From positions 256,001-320,000 of the forward strand of contig CAVUVW010000014.1 in assembly GCA_963745035.1 (NCBI GenBank): a DNA stretch of 64,000 bases, in the 5' to 3' direction. The notes under the pieces are model-generated. The model made no database searches. It was not told where the DNA came from and saw only the letters and a list, made by a program, of their open reading frames with translations. Position numbers and translations under genes: made by a program. Origin of the DNA: an uncultured delta proteobacterium (GTDB taxonomy: Bacteria > Desulfobacterota > Binatia > UBA9968). Positions 9,730-19,309 of this stretch are shown piece after piece. Every line of letters begins with the position of its first letter. Positions within the stretch are counted from its first letter, which is position 1.

Positions 9730-10602
9730 ATGTTTCCCGCTAGCTTCGGCTACGTCGCGGCGCGCTCCGTCGAAGAAGCGCTGGAGCTGATGGCCAAGCA
9801 CGGCGAGGAGGGAAAACTGCTTGCCGGCGGCCATAGTTTGCTTCCGGCGATGAAGCTGCGCCTGCAAGCGCCGCGCATGTTGATCGATCTCGGCGCCGTG
9901 GCGGGGCTGCGCGGGGTGCGGCAGGACGGCGCCGAGCTGGTGATCGGCGCGCTCACGGTTCACGCCGACGTGGCCGTCTCCGAGCTGGTGCGCAAGCATC
10001 TGCCCGGCCTCGCCGAGGCCGCTGCGGTGATCGGCGACATGCAGGTCCGCAACCGCGGCACCATCGGCGGCAGCGTGGCGCACGCCGATCCGGCGGCCGA
10101 CTTGCCGGTGATCCTGACCGCGCTCAACGCCTCGTTCACGGTCCAATCGGTGGGCGGCAGCCGGACGATTGCAGTCGACGATTTTTTTACGGATTTTTTC
10201 ACCACGGCAATGAATGCCGACGAGATTCTTACCGAGATCCACGTGCCGGTACCGCCCTCGGGCAGCGGCACAGCCTACGCGAAACTGCCGCATCCCGCTT
10301 CGGGCTACGTGGTCGTGAGCGCCGGTGCATGCATCACGCGTCAGGCCTCCGGCACTTGCGGCTCTGCGCGGGTGGCCATCGGCGGTCTGGGCAGCGGTCC
10401 GGTGCGCGCCATCGCGACGGAATTGGAGCTGCAAGGAAAACCGTTGACGCCGCAAGTGATCGCCGCGGCCACGGCAAAAGCGGCGGATGAGACCGATCCG
10501 GTGGAAGATTCTTACGCCGGTGCGGAATATAAAAAGCACGTCGCCGCCGTGTACGCGCGCAAAGCGATCGAGGCGGCGGTAGAAAGAACCGCGGCAAACT
10601 AA
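9730..10602 (+). CDS. coxM: CoxM/CutM-like FAD-binding medium subunit
   Basis: LLAGGHSLLPAMKLRL; QVRNRGTIGGSVAHADPAAD. Confidence 0.92.
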   Translation: MFPASFGYVAARSVEEALELMAKHGEEGKLLAGGHSLLPAMKLRLQAPRMLIDLGAVAGLRGVRQDGAELVIGALTVHADVAVSELVRKHLPGLAEAAAVIGDMQVRNRGTIGGSVAHADPAADLPVILTALNASFTVQSVGGSRTIAVDDFFTDFFTTAMNADEILTEIHVPVPPSGSGTAYAKLPHPASGYVVVSAGACITRQASGTCGSARVAIGGLGSGPVRAIATELELQGKPLTPQVIAAATAKAADETDPVEDSYAGAEYKKHVAAVYARKAIEAAVERTAAN

Positions 10603-10652
10603 AAAGTTTCTGATTCCCTCTCGCGGAGCGAGAGGAAGTAAGAGAGACAACT

Positions 10653-12968
10653 ATGACAACCGACCATACTCACGACGGGCTCATCGGCGCTTCGCCGAAG
10701 AGAGTGGAGGACCCGCCGCTGATCACCGGCAGAGGATGCTACGTGGACGACATCCAGTTTCCCGGCATGCTCCACCTGGCGTTTCAGCGCAGCCCCTACC
10801 CGCACGCGAAGATTCTTTCCATCGATGTCAGCAAAGCCAAGGCGATGGCCGGCGTCGAAGCGATCATCACCGGCAACGATCTCAGCGAAAAGCTCAATCT
10901 GGCGCCGTCGCAGGTGCTGCCCAACATGAAAATTCCGCCGCATCCGGTGCTCGCGCGCGGAGCGGTGCACTGCGCCGGGGTGCCGGTGGCAGCAGTGGTG
11001 GCGCGCACTCGGGCGCAGGCGCACGACGCGGCCAATGCCATCGAGGTCGAGTACGAGGCGCTGCCCGGAGTTTCCAACGCCGAGGACGCGCTCAAAGCGG
11101 GCGCGCCGCTGGTGCGCGAAGAGCTCGACAGCAACGTCTGCTACACCATGACCAAGAACGGCGGCGACGTCGACAAAGCCTTCGCCCAGGCCGATCATGT
11201 GTTCACCATGCACATCGCCAGTCCGCGCCAGGTCGCGCTTGCCATGGAGCCGCGCGGCATCGCCGCCAAACCCGATCCATTCGGCAACGGCCTTACCGTT
11301 TGGCTCTCCACCCAGGGGCCGCATCGGGCGCGCGCCGAGATCGCCAACACTCTGGGTTTTCCCGAGCACAAAATTCATTTGATCGCGCCGGATGTCGGCG
11401 GCGGCTTCGGCAGCAAGGGCCCGGTGTATCGCGAAGACATCGTCGCCTGCTATCTCGCGCTCAAGCTGCGCAAGCCGGTCAAATGGGTGGCAACGCGCAG
11501 CGAAGATTTCATCACGACGATTCAGGGGCGCGATCAGGCGATGACTTCCGAGATGGCGCTCAGAAAAGACGGCAAGATTCTCGGCCTGAAGGTCAAAGTC
11601 GTCGCCAATCTGGGCGCATATCTTCACGCCAGTACGGCGGGCCCGCCGCAGCGCATGCTCGGCATGGCCTGCGGCAGCTATCAAATCCAGGACTGCCGGG
11701 TCGAGATCGTCGCCGTTTTCACCAACACCTGTCCCACCGGTCCCTATCGCGGCGCCGGCCGGCCCGAGTCGGTGCTCAACATCGAGCGTCTGCTCGACAA
11801 GGCGGCGGCGGTTTTGGGTATGGACCGGCTGGAAATCCGCCGCAAGAATTTCATTCAGCCCGAGCAGTTTCCCTACACCACCGGGACCGGCGTCGAGTAC
11901 GATTCCGGCGATTTCGAAAAACCGCTGCGCGAAGCGCTCAAGATGTCCAACTATGAGGAGCTTTTGCGCCAGCGCGACGAACGGCGCAAACGCGGCGAGC
12001 TGGTCGGGGTCGGCTTTTCGACCTTTGTCGAGCCGAGCGGCGGCGCCGGTTTCGAAAGCGGCGCGGTGCGGGTGGAGCGCACCGGCGAAATCACCGTGCT
12101 CACCGGCTCGAGCTCGCACGGGCAGGGACACGAAACCTCATGGGCGCAGATCGCCGCCGAGTTGATGAAAACGTCTTTGGAGCATGTGACGGTTTTGCAC
12201 GGCGACACTCACGTGAGCCAGCAAGGCACCGGCACCTTCGGCAGCCGGAGCGCGGTGGTCGGCGGCGGCGCTCTGGCGATCGCGGCCGAGCGCGTGATCG
12301 AAAAAGCCAAACGCATCGCGGCGCATCTCGTCGAAGCCGCGCCGGAAGACATCGTTCAAACCGACGGCGGCTTCGCGGTGAAAGGCGTTCCGGAGAAAAA
12401 AATAAGCTGGCGCCAAATTGCCGGGGCCGCCTACAGCGGTCGACTGCCGAAGGGCATGGAGATCGGCCTGCAAGAGACCGCTTTTTTCGACCCCAAGCGC
12501 GAAGCCTGGGGCTTTGGCACCCACATCGCCCTGGTGAGCATCGACCGCGATACCGGCAAGCTGACGATCGAAAAATTGGTGCTGGTCGATGATTGCGGCG
12601 TCGTGATCAATCCGATGATCGTCGAAGGGCAGATCCACGGCGGCGTGGCCCAAGGGCTCGGCGAAGCGCAGCGCGAGCAGATGCTCTACGGCGAGGACGG
12701 GCAGGTGCAGACCGGCACTTTTATGAACTACGCGATCATGCGCGCCGCCGACATGCCGCCGATGATCTTGGGCGAGACCATCACGCCCAATCCCTTCAAT
12801 CCGCTCGGCGTCAAGGGCGTCGGCGAATGCGGCACCAACGGCGCGCCGCCGTCGGTGGCCAACGCGCTGATCGACGCGCTTGCGCCGCTCGGCATCGACC
12901 ATATCGACATGCCGTATACCGCGCCGAAGCTCTGGCAAGCCATTCGAACAGCCGAGGGAAAGAGTTAA
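10653..12968 (+). CDS. coxL: Xanthine dehydrogenase family molybdopterin-binding large subunit (form II CoxL-like)
   Basis: PDVGGGFGSK; active-site loop PYRGAGRPE; GQGHET; GVKGVGE. Confidence 0.85.
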   Translation: MTTDHTHDGLIGASPKRVEDPPLITGRGCYVDDIQFPGMLHLAFQRSPYPHAKILSIDVSKAKAMAGVEAIITGNDLSEKLNLAPSQVLPNMKIPPHPVLARGAVHCAGVPVAAVVARTRAQAHDAANAIEVEYEALPGVSNAEDALKAGAPLVREELDSNVCYTMTKNGGDVDKAFAQADHVFTMHIASPRQVALAMEPRGIAAKPDPFGNGLTVWLSTQGPHRARAEIANTLGFPEHKIHLIAPDVGGGFGSKGPVYREDIVACYLALKLRKPVKWVATRSEDFITTIQGRDQAMTSEMALRKDGKILGLKVKVVANLGAYLHASTAGPPQRMLGMACGSYQIQDCRVEIVAVFTNTCPTGPYRGAGRPESVLNIERLLDKAAAVLGMDRLEIRRKNFIQPEQFPYTTGTGVEYDSGDFEKPLREALKMSNYEELLRQRDERRKRGELVGVGFSTFVEPSGGAGFESGAVRVERTGEITVLTGSSSHGQGHETSWAQIAAELMKTSLEHVTVLHGDTHVSQQGTGTFGSRSAVVGGGALAIAAERVIEKAKRIAAHLVEAAPEDIVQTDGGFAVKGVPEKKISWRQIAGAAYSGRLPKGMEIGLQETAFFDPKREAWGFGTHIALVSIDRDTGKLTIEKLVLVDDCGVVINPMIVEGQIHGGVAQGLGEAQREQMLYGEDGQVQTGTFMNYAIMRAADMPPMILGETITPNPFNPLGVKGVGECGTNGAPPSVANALIDALAPLGIDHIDMPYTAPKLWQAIRTAEGKS

Positions 12969-13000
12969 ACAGGAACAGGTCAAAACAAAATTGCGGTCCC

Positions 13001-13044
13001 AAAGCGAAGGGCTGTGGAATCACTCCACAGCCCTTCGCTTTTTT
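13001..13044 (+). terminator. Rho-independent terminator after the cox-like operon
   Basis: Perfect 18-bp stem aaagcgaagggctgtgga / tccacagcccttcgcttt with a 5-nt loop, ending in a T run. Confidence 0.88.
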
Positions 13045-13479
13045 ACGGTCGTTGTGCGGGCTGTTTTTTCCCGGGGAGCCGACGCGAATCGTGACTCAAC
13101 TTGCTGTTTGCGAATTTTCTCCGTTGGAGGGGGTCCGCAAGCATTTTAGCTCGATCCTGTGTCATTTATTGACAAATATTGCCACTGAGTAGCACCGTGC
13201 GCTCGCAATACGCGGGAACGGACGCAGGGGAGGTCCCTGGCATCTTCGTTGCTTCCTGAAGCTCAAAAACACTGACGTCCATGAGTTCGCGGTCAGATCG
13301 AGGTGACAGCAACTCCTTATTTTGACCGAAAATCGTGAATCGTTCGGAAATGTGCTTCAACAGATTTGGCGCGAGTCCACTCGGATTCAACAAAAATGAT
13401 CTATCCCAGCCAGCGCCGAAACATCTGCGAGCTATTTCGAAGCGGTCCGATCGCGAACATGGCACCGAGGTAATTTGGA

Positions 13480-15312
13480 ATGAAAAAGACTAGGGAAGAT
13501 TTGAGCACGACAGAGACGGAACCCACAAAACTCGGCTGGTTTTTGAGCGATCCCGCCGACCATGCGCAAGCGAATGAAGCCTCGGAATTGGAAATCACCG
13601 AGCGCGCATGGGTTCAGGAGCAGTGCCAGGTCGCCGTGGAATCGGCCCCGAACGGCATCTTGATTATCGATCAGAACGGAAACATTCGTCTGGTCAATGC
13701 GCAAATCGAGCAATTGTTCGGTTTTACCCGAGCGGAGCTGATCGGCACTCCGGTGGATATCTTGTTGCCCGAGCGCTTTCGGGTTCAGCCCGGAGGCGAG
13801 CGGGAGAGTGTTCTCGTCGCCCAAAGCATGACCATAGGCGAGCCCAAAGAACTCTACGGCTTGCGCAAAGACGGGGGCGAGTTTCCCATCGAGATCAGCG
13901 AGAGCCCGATCCATACGCCGCGGGGAAAAGGTATCCTGGTGTCGATCGTCGACGTGACCGAGCGCAAGCGGGTCGAATCGGAGCTCAAACGCACGGCCTT
14001 TCACGACGCCTTGACCGGTCTTCCCAACCGAACGCTTTTCTTCGACAATCTTCTGCGTCTCAACGCGGCGGCGAAGCGGCACGGCCATCATCCGTTCGCC
14101 TTGCTGTTTTTGGATCTGGATCGGTTCAAGGTGATCAACGACAGCCTCGGTCACATGACCGGTGATAAGCTGCTGGTCGAGATGGCGCAACGATTGGTCG
14201 AGTGCACGCGCGAAGAAGATACCGTGGCGCGTCTCGGGGGTGACGAATTCGCCATCCTGCTCGAGCAAATACGCGGCCCCCAGGACGCGGTTCGCGTCGC
14301 CGAGCGGGTGCTCGAAAGATTTGCCGATCCGCTGGTGCTCGACGACATCGAGGTGTCGGTGGGAGCGAGCATCGGCATCGCTCTCAGCCTCACGGGCGAG
14401 GGGCAGCCGGAAAATCTGCTGCGCGATGCCGATATGGCGATGTATCAGGCCAAGACCAAACACTCGGGCTATCAGATCTTCGACGCGCGCATGCACGCCC
14501 GCGCCCTCGAGCGAATGAAGCTCGAAATCGACATGCGGCGCGCTATCGAGCGAAGCCAGATTCATCTGCATTACCAACCGATTGTTTCGCTCGATACCGG
14601 CAAGCTTGCCGGCTTTGAGGCGTTGGCGCGCTGGCAGCACAATGGGCGGGGCGCTATTTCACCGGCGAAGTTCATGCCGCTGGCGGAAGAATCCGGCTTG
14701 GTGGGCCGGCTGAGCCGCGCGGTTTTGCAGCAGGCGTGCAGTCAAATGCGCCAATGGCGTGACGGCTACCCGCTCGACGAGGAGTGCTTTATCGGCGTGA
14801 ACGTTTCGAGCAAGCTGCTGACTCACGGCAACTTGATCGAAGAGGTCGATGCGGTGCTGCACGAGACCGGATTGGACCCGCGCCACCTGCGCCTTGAAAT
14901 CACCGAGAGCGCGATCGCCGAAAATGCCCGCGCGGCGGCCCATACCCTGGCGCAATTCCGGAAGCGCAAGATCAAGATTTGTCTCGATGATTTCGGCAAA
15001 GGTTTTTCTTCGCTCAATTATCTGCACCGCTTCCCCATCGACGTGCTGAAAATCGACCGCTCCTTTGTCCGCAGGCTGCGCGCCGACATGGGTAACGACA
15101 GCGGCAAAAAACGGCTCGAGATCGTCCGCACGATCGTCGCCATGGCGCAAATCCTCGGCATGCAAGTCGTCGCCGAAGGCGTGGAAGTGACCGACCAGTT
15201 GAGCATTCTGCGGGAACTGGGTTGCGAGTTCGGCCAGGGCTACTTGTTCTCTCCGGCGCTGGATGCGCCCGACGCGGTGCGCTTTTTCAACGCGCCGGCA
15301 TTGCTGTCCTAA
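13480..15312 (+). CDS. PAS-GGDEF-EAL diguanylate cyclase/phosphodiesterase
   Basis: PAS (VESAPNGILII..GLRKDGGEFPIEIS), intact RLGGDEF, FEALARW, LDDFGKGFSS, VVAEGVE. Confidence 0.95.
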   Translation: MKKTREDLSTTETEPTKLGWFLSDPADHAQANEASELEITERAWVQEQCQVAVESAPNGILIIDQNGNIRLVNAQIEQLFGFTRAELIGTPVDILLPERFRVQPGGERESVLVAQSMTIGEPKELYGLRKDGGEFPIEISESPIHTPRGKGILVSIVDVTERKRVESELKRTAFHDALTGLPNRTLFFDNLLRLNAAAKRHGHHPFALLFLDLDRFKVINDSLGHMTGDKLLVEMAQRLVECTREEDTVARLGGDEFAILLEQIRGPQDAVRVAERVLERFADPLVLDDIEVSVGASIGIALSLTGEGQPENLLRDADMAMYQAKTKHSGYQIFDARMHARALERMKLEIDMRRAIERSQIHLHYQPIVSLDTGKLAGFEALARWQHNGRGAISPAKFMPLAEESGLVGRLSRAVLQQACSQMRQWRDGYPLDEECFIGVNVSSKLLTHGNLIEEVDAVLHETGLDPRHLRLEITESAIAENARAAAHTLAQFRKRKIKICLDDFGKGFSSLNYLHRFPIDVLKIDRSFVRRLRADMGNDSGKKRLEIVRTIVAMAQILGMQVVAEGVEVTDQLSILRELGCEFGQGYLFSPALDAPDAVRFFNAPALLS

Positions 15313-15404
15313 ATACTCTCGCGGACGGGGCGCCGCGCTCTCGCGCAATCGGCGCCGACAAAGCCGTCGCCCATCCCGGCGCGTCACAAAACAGACACTA
15401 GCGG

Positions 15405-17096
15405 TCATTCCGGATAATCTTGTGCTGCCGCCCCGGCGGAGATGTAGCCGCGGCGCAAATCGCGTTCGACGAGGCTTTTGGGCCGTTCCCACGGCGGACC
15501 GTAGCCGCCGCCACCGCCGGTCTCGACGATGATCTGGTCGCCGGGCGCGAGCGGGTACGCCTTGCTCTTGTAAATCACTTCGGTTTCACCCGATTTTTTT
15601 ACTACCGTAATCTGTCCCGATTTGCCTTCCTTGCCGCCGTGCACGCCCCAGGGCGGATACTTCACTCGATCGAACATCGCCTGAAGATCGCAGGCGCCGA
15701 GCATCAGATAGCGCTTGCGAAAACCGAGGCCGCCGCGAAATTTTCCCGCCCCGGCGGAGTCTTCGCGCAGGCTGAACTCGACGAGGCGATACGGATACAT
15801 CGATTCCTGCAGCTCCACCGGAATGATGCGCGTGTCGCCGTGCGCCATGGTGCGAAACGGTCCGGCGCCGTCATGGGTCGCGCAAGCGCCCCAACCGCCG
15901 TGGCCGCTGTCGTGGCAATCGAACGGCGCGCCGTTGGCGCGCTTGCCGCGAAAGCGCACGCCCGAGAAGGTTCCAAAGTGCGCCCCGGTGACGCGCTCCG
16001 GCAATGCTTTCTCCAACGCTTTGATGATCGCATCGATCACCGTGGGGAACGGCTGGGAATAGTTGCCCATCGGCGCGGTCGGATGGGCGCTCAGGATTTT
16101 ACCTTCCGGCAGAATCATCTTCAGCGGCCGAAAAGTTCCCTCGTTGGCCGGCTCGTCGTGGGCGACCAAATATTTAAACGCCACACGCGCCGTGGTGCGC
16201 CCGCCGCCGTAGTACCCGGAGTTGATGCAGCCGCGCACCTGATCGGCGATGCCGGAATAGTCGATGGTCATCTCATCGCCGGCGACCACGACTCTAACGT
16301 TGATCGGCAGGGGATCATCCGATTCGCCGTCGTTGTCGAAGAAGGTATCGTAACGGTACTCGCCGTCGGGAATTGCCCGGATCTTGGCGCGCGCCGCCGC
16401 CTCGCTCTGGTCGAGCATGGTTCGTATTGCGGCGAAGAACGTCGCGATGCCGTATTTGTCGGCCAAAGCCTGCGTGAGATCGCGGCCGAGGAAACAACCG
16501 GCATGCTGCGCCGCGATGTCGCCGAGCAGCTCGACCGGAAAGCGCGTGTTGTTCTCGATGATGCGATAGACTTCCTGAATCGGCTCGCCGTTGGACCAGA
16601 GCTTGATCGAGCGCAGCTGCAAGCCTTCCATGAAAATATCGCTGGAGCGCGGCGTGATGCCGCCGATGTCGATCCAATGCACGTTGATGGCGAAAAAGCC
16701 GATCAGCGTGTCTGAACCAGCTCCGGCGTAGATCGGCGTGTACATCACCGTGTTGTTCAAATGCTGGCCCTGGATCGCCGCGTGATTGCACACCACCACG
16801 TCGCCGCGGCGCAAGCGCTCGCGTCCATAGACGGCCAAGCCGTCGCGCACCGCCATGCCGACCGAGTCGGCGACGAACACCGGCATACCGCCGGTGCACT
16901 GCGCGATCAGCTCGCCCTCCGCGCTCACTAGCCCGACGGCAAAGTCTTTGTACTCGTAAATGTATGGACTGAACGCCGTGCGCGAGATATTGGCGTCGAT
17001 CTGATCGGTGATCGACACGATGCCGTGGCGGATGACCTCGATGGTGATGGGGTCGATGAAATTATTGGAAGTGTATTCGCTGGACTTCAAAGTCAT
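15405..17096 (-). CDS. Hydantoinase B / 5-oxoprolinase B subunit (copy 1)
   Basis: DPITIEVIRH, RTAFSPYIYEYKDF, HLNN, HWIDIGG, DSAGAGKFRGG, ETGGGGGYG. Confidence 0.93.
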   Translation of the reverse strand: MTLKSSEYTSNNFIDPITIEVIRHGIVSITDQIDANISRTAFSPYIYEYKDFAVGLVSAEGELIAQCTGGMPVFVADSVGMAVRDGLAVYGRERLRRGDVVVCNHAAIQGQHLNNTVMYTPIYAGAGSDTLIGFFAINVHWIDIGGITPRSSDIFMEGLQLRSIKLWSNGEPIQEVYRIIENNTRFPVELLGDIAAQHAGCFLGRDLTQALADKYGIATFFAAIRTMLDQSEAAARAKIRAIPDGEYRYDTFFDNDGESDDPLPINVRVVVAGDEMTIDYSGIADQVRGCINSGYYGGGRTTARVAFKYLVAHDEPANEGTFRPLKMILPEGKILSAHPTAPMGNYSQPFPTVIDAIIKALEKALPERVTGAHFGTFSGVRFRGKRANGAPFDCHDSGHGGWGACATHDGAGPFRTMAHGDTRIIPVELQESMYPYRLVEFSLREDSAGAGKFRGGLGFRKRYLMLGACDLQAMFDRVKYPPWGVHGGKEGKSGQITVVKKSGETEVIYKSKAYPLAPGDQIIVETGGGGGYGPPWERPKSLVERDLRRGYISAGAAAQDYPE

Positions 17097-17145
17097 ATTC
17101 GAGTTGTGATCTGCTTTCGTAGGTCAGAGTCAAATCGGCGCTCCA

Positions 17146-19202
17146 CTATTTAACTGCCGCGTCGCACTGGATGCGGATCTCATGCAGGTCGCCGATCTCG
17201 AAGCGATCCCCCGGCCATACCACCGTCGTCGAGCCGTACTCTTCGATTACCGCCGGCCCTGCGGCGCTGAAACCCGGCGCCAACGAGTCGCGATGATGGA
17301 TCTCTGCGTCAAGCCAACCGCCTGCGTTGCCGATGTATACTTTGCGCCTTTGCGCCGGCTGCGATTTCGCCGCAGCGCGCGGCAGGCGCGCGATCTCCGG
17401 CTGCTTGAGGCGGGCGAAGGCGGACAGGTGGAGCGCTTGAAACTCCGCCGGCGCTTTGGCGTCGGCGTGGCCGTAGCGCCGCTTGTAGTCGCGCTCGAAG
17501 GCGGCGCGGATCTGCTCCGGATCTTTCAGGCCCGACACTGGCACTTTGATGTTGTGCCGCTGGCCGCGATAGCGCATCTCCGCGTGGCGTTCAAAAAACA
17601 CATCGCTGCTGGCAAACTCCGCCGATAACGCGGCGACGGCGTCTTTCTCCATGGCGCTAAAAGTTTCCGCCATCGACTCCGCTGCCTTGTCGTTCAGAAC
17701 GCCAACAAAGGTTTTCGACGTGTCGATGCGCGCGTCGGCGAGCAGCATGCCGATGGCGGAGAAATTTCCCGGCTCAGGCGGAATCACGATGGTCGGGATC
17801 GACAATTCGTGGGCGAGCGCGCCGGAATGCAGCGGTCCGCCGCCGCCGTAGCTGAACAGAATAAAGTCGCGCGGGTCGAGACCGTGCTCGACGGAAATTT
17901 TTCGAATGGCGCCGGCCATGATCACCGTGGCGATTGAAATAATCCCGTCGGCCATCTGAATCATGCCGCTCTCGCCGGCATAATCGAGCGGCGCCGCGAT
18001 GCGCTGCGCGATCGCTTGCGCGGCGGCGCGCGGATCGAGCCGCATTTCGCCGCCGAGAAAATTCGCCGGGTTGAGACGGCCAAGAACCAGATTGGCGTCG
18101 GTCACCGTCGGCTCCGCGCCGCCGCGGCCATAGCACACGGGACCGGGAGTGGAGCCCGCGCTTTGCGGCCCGACGTGCAGGCGTTTCTGCGAGTCGATCC
18201 AGGCGATCGAGCCGCCGCCCGAGCCCACTTCGACGATATCGATGACCGCGGACTTGATCGGAAAACCTTTGACGTAGCCGTTGGCGTAATAGACCGAGTT
18301 CACCGAGAAGCGGCCGTTCTCGACCAGCGCGCATTTTGCGGTCGTGCCGCCCATGTCGAAAGCGACCACGTTCTTGAATCCCAATTTCTCCGCGTAGGCG
18401 CCGGCGCCGATGCAGCCGCCGATGGGGCCGGACTCGACCAGGCCGATCGGCTGCCGGCAAGTTCGCTCGGCGGAGAGCAAGCCGCCATTGGAGCCCATCA
18501 TAAAAAGCGAACCGCCGAAGCCCCGGCTCTTCAAATCGCTGTCGAGGCGCCGAATATAAGTGCTCACCTGCGGCCCGACGTAAGCGTTGGCCGCCACCGT
18601 CGAGCAGCGCTCGTACTCGTACCATTCGCGCGTCAGCTCGGTGCTGAAAGTAACGTAGGCATCCGGCAGCAGTTCCTTGAGAATCGCCGCGGCGGCTTCT
18701 TCGTGGGCCGGGTTGATATAGGAATTCATGAAAAAGACCGCCACCGATTCGACGCCGAGTTTCTTGATCTCGCCGGTGAGGTTTTTGAGCGCCGCCGTAT
18801 CGAGCGGGGTCACCACTTCGCCTTTGCTGTCCATTCGTTCCGGCGCTTCGAGGCGTAGCTCGCGCGGGATCAACGGCTCGTCGCGCTGATAATGAAGATC
18901 GAAGGGATCGGGCCGGTTGCCGCGGGCGATTTCGAGAATGTCGCGAAACCCTGGCTCGTCACCAGCGCGGTCTTCGCGCCTTTGCGCTGAATCAGCGAAT
19001 TGATGACCAACGTCGTGCCGTGGTTGACCAGCGACGCTTCGGCCGGTTTGATTTTGGCTTTGGTGAAACAATCGAGAATGCCGTCGACTAGATTATCGTA
19101 AGTGGTCGGGCTCTTGGCGTAAATGACGCGATGGCTGGCGTGATCGAAGGCGACCAGATCGGTAAAAGTGCCGCCGATATCGACGGCGATGGCGTAACTC
19201 AT
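17146..19202 (-). CDS. Hydantoinase A / 5-oxoprolinase A subunit (frameshift near 18950)
   Basis: N-term AVDIGGTFTD and HGTTLVINSLIQRKG (ORF 18870-19202) join DMGGTTAK, GPQSAGSTPGPVCY, YGGGGPLH in ORF 17146-19071. Confidence 0.9.
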
Positions 19203-19216
19203 CGAAGATGACTCCC

Positions 19217-19309
19217 GTTCAAAAGTTCAACGGTTCAACCGTTCAAGGTTGCTTGCAAGCTCCGGCATTTTCTGACGTTGAACTTTTGAACCCTTGAACT
19301 GTTGAACGT
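19217..19309. repeat. Inverted pair of 8-mer tandem arrays (GTTCAAnn x4 / TTGAACnn x4)
   Basis: gttcaaaa gttcaacg gttcaacc gttcaagg ... ttgaactt ttgaaccc ttgaactg ttgaacgt. Confidence 0.8.

Noticed and set aside
13050-13480. c-di-GMP riboswitch upstream of the GGDEF-EAL gene
   Set aside because: The GEMM consensus (GGCAAAC...GAAA...GACGCAAAG) is not matched
19217-19309. CRISPR-like array
   Set aside because: 8-bp units without spacers; no cas genes in the window
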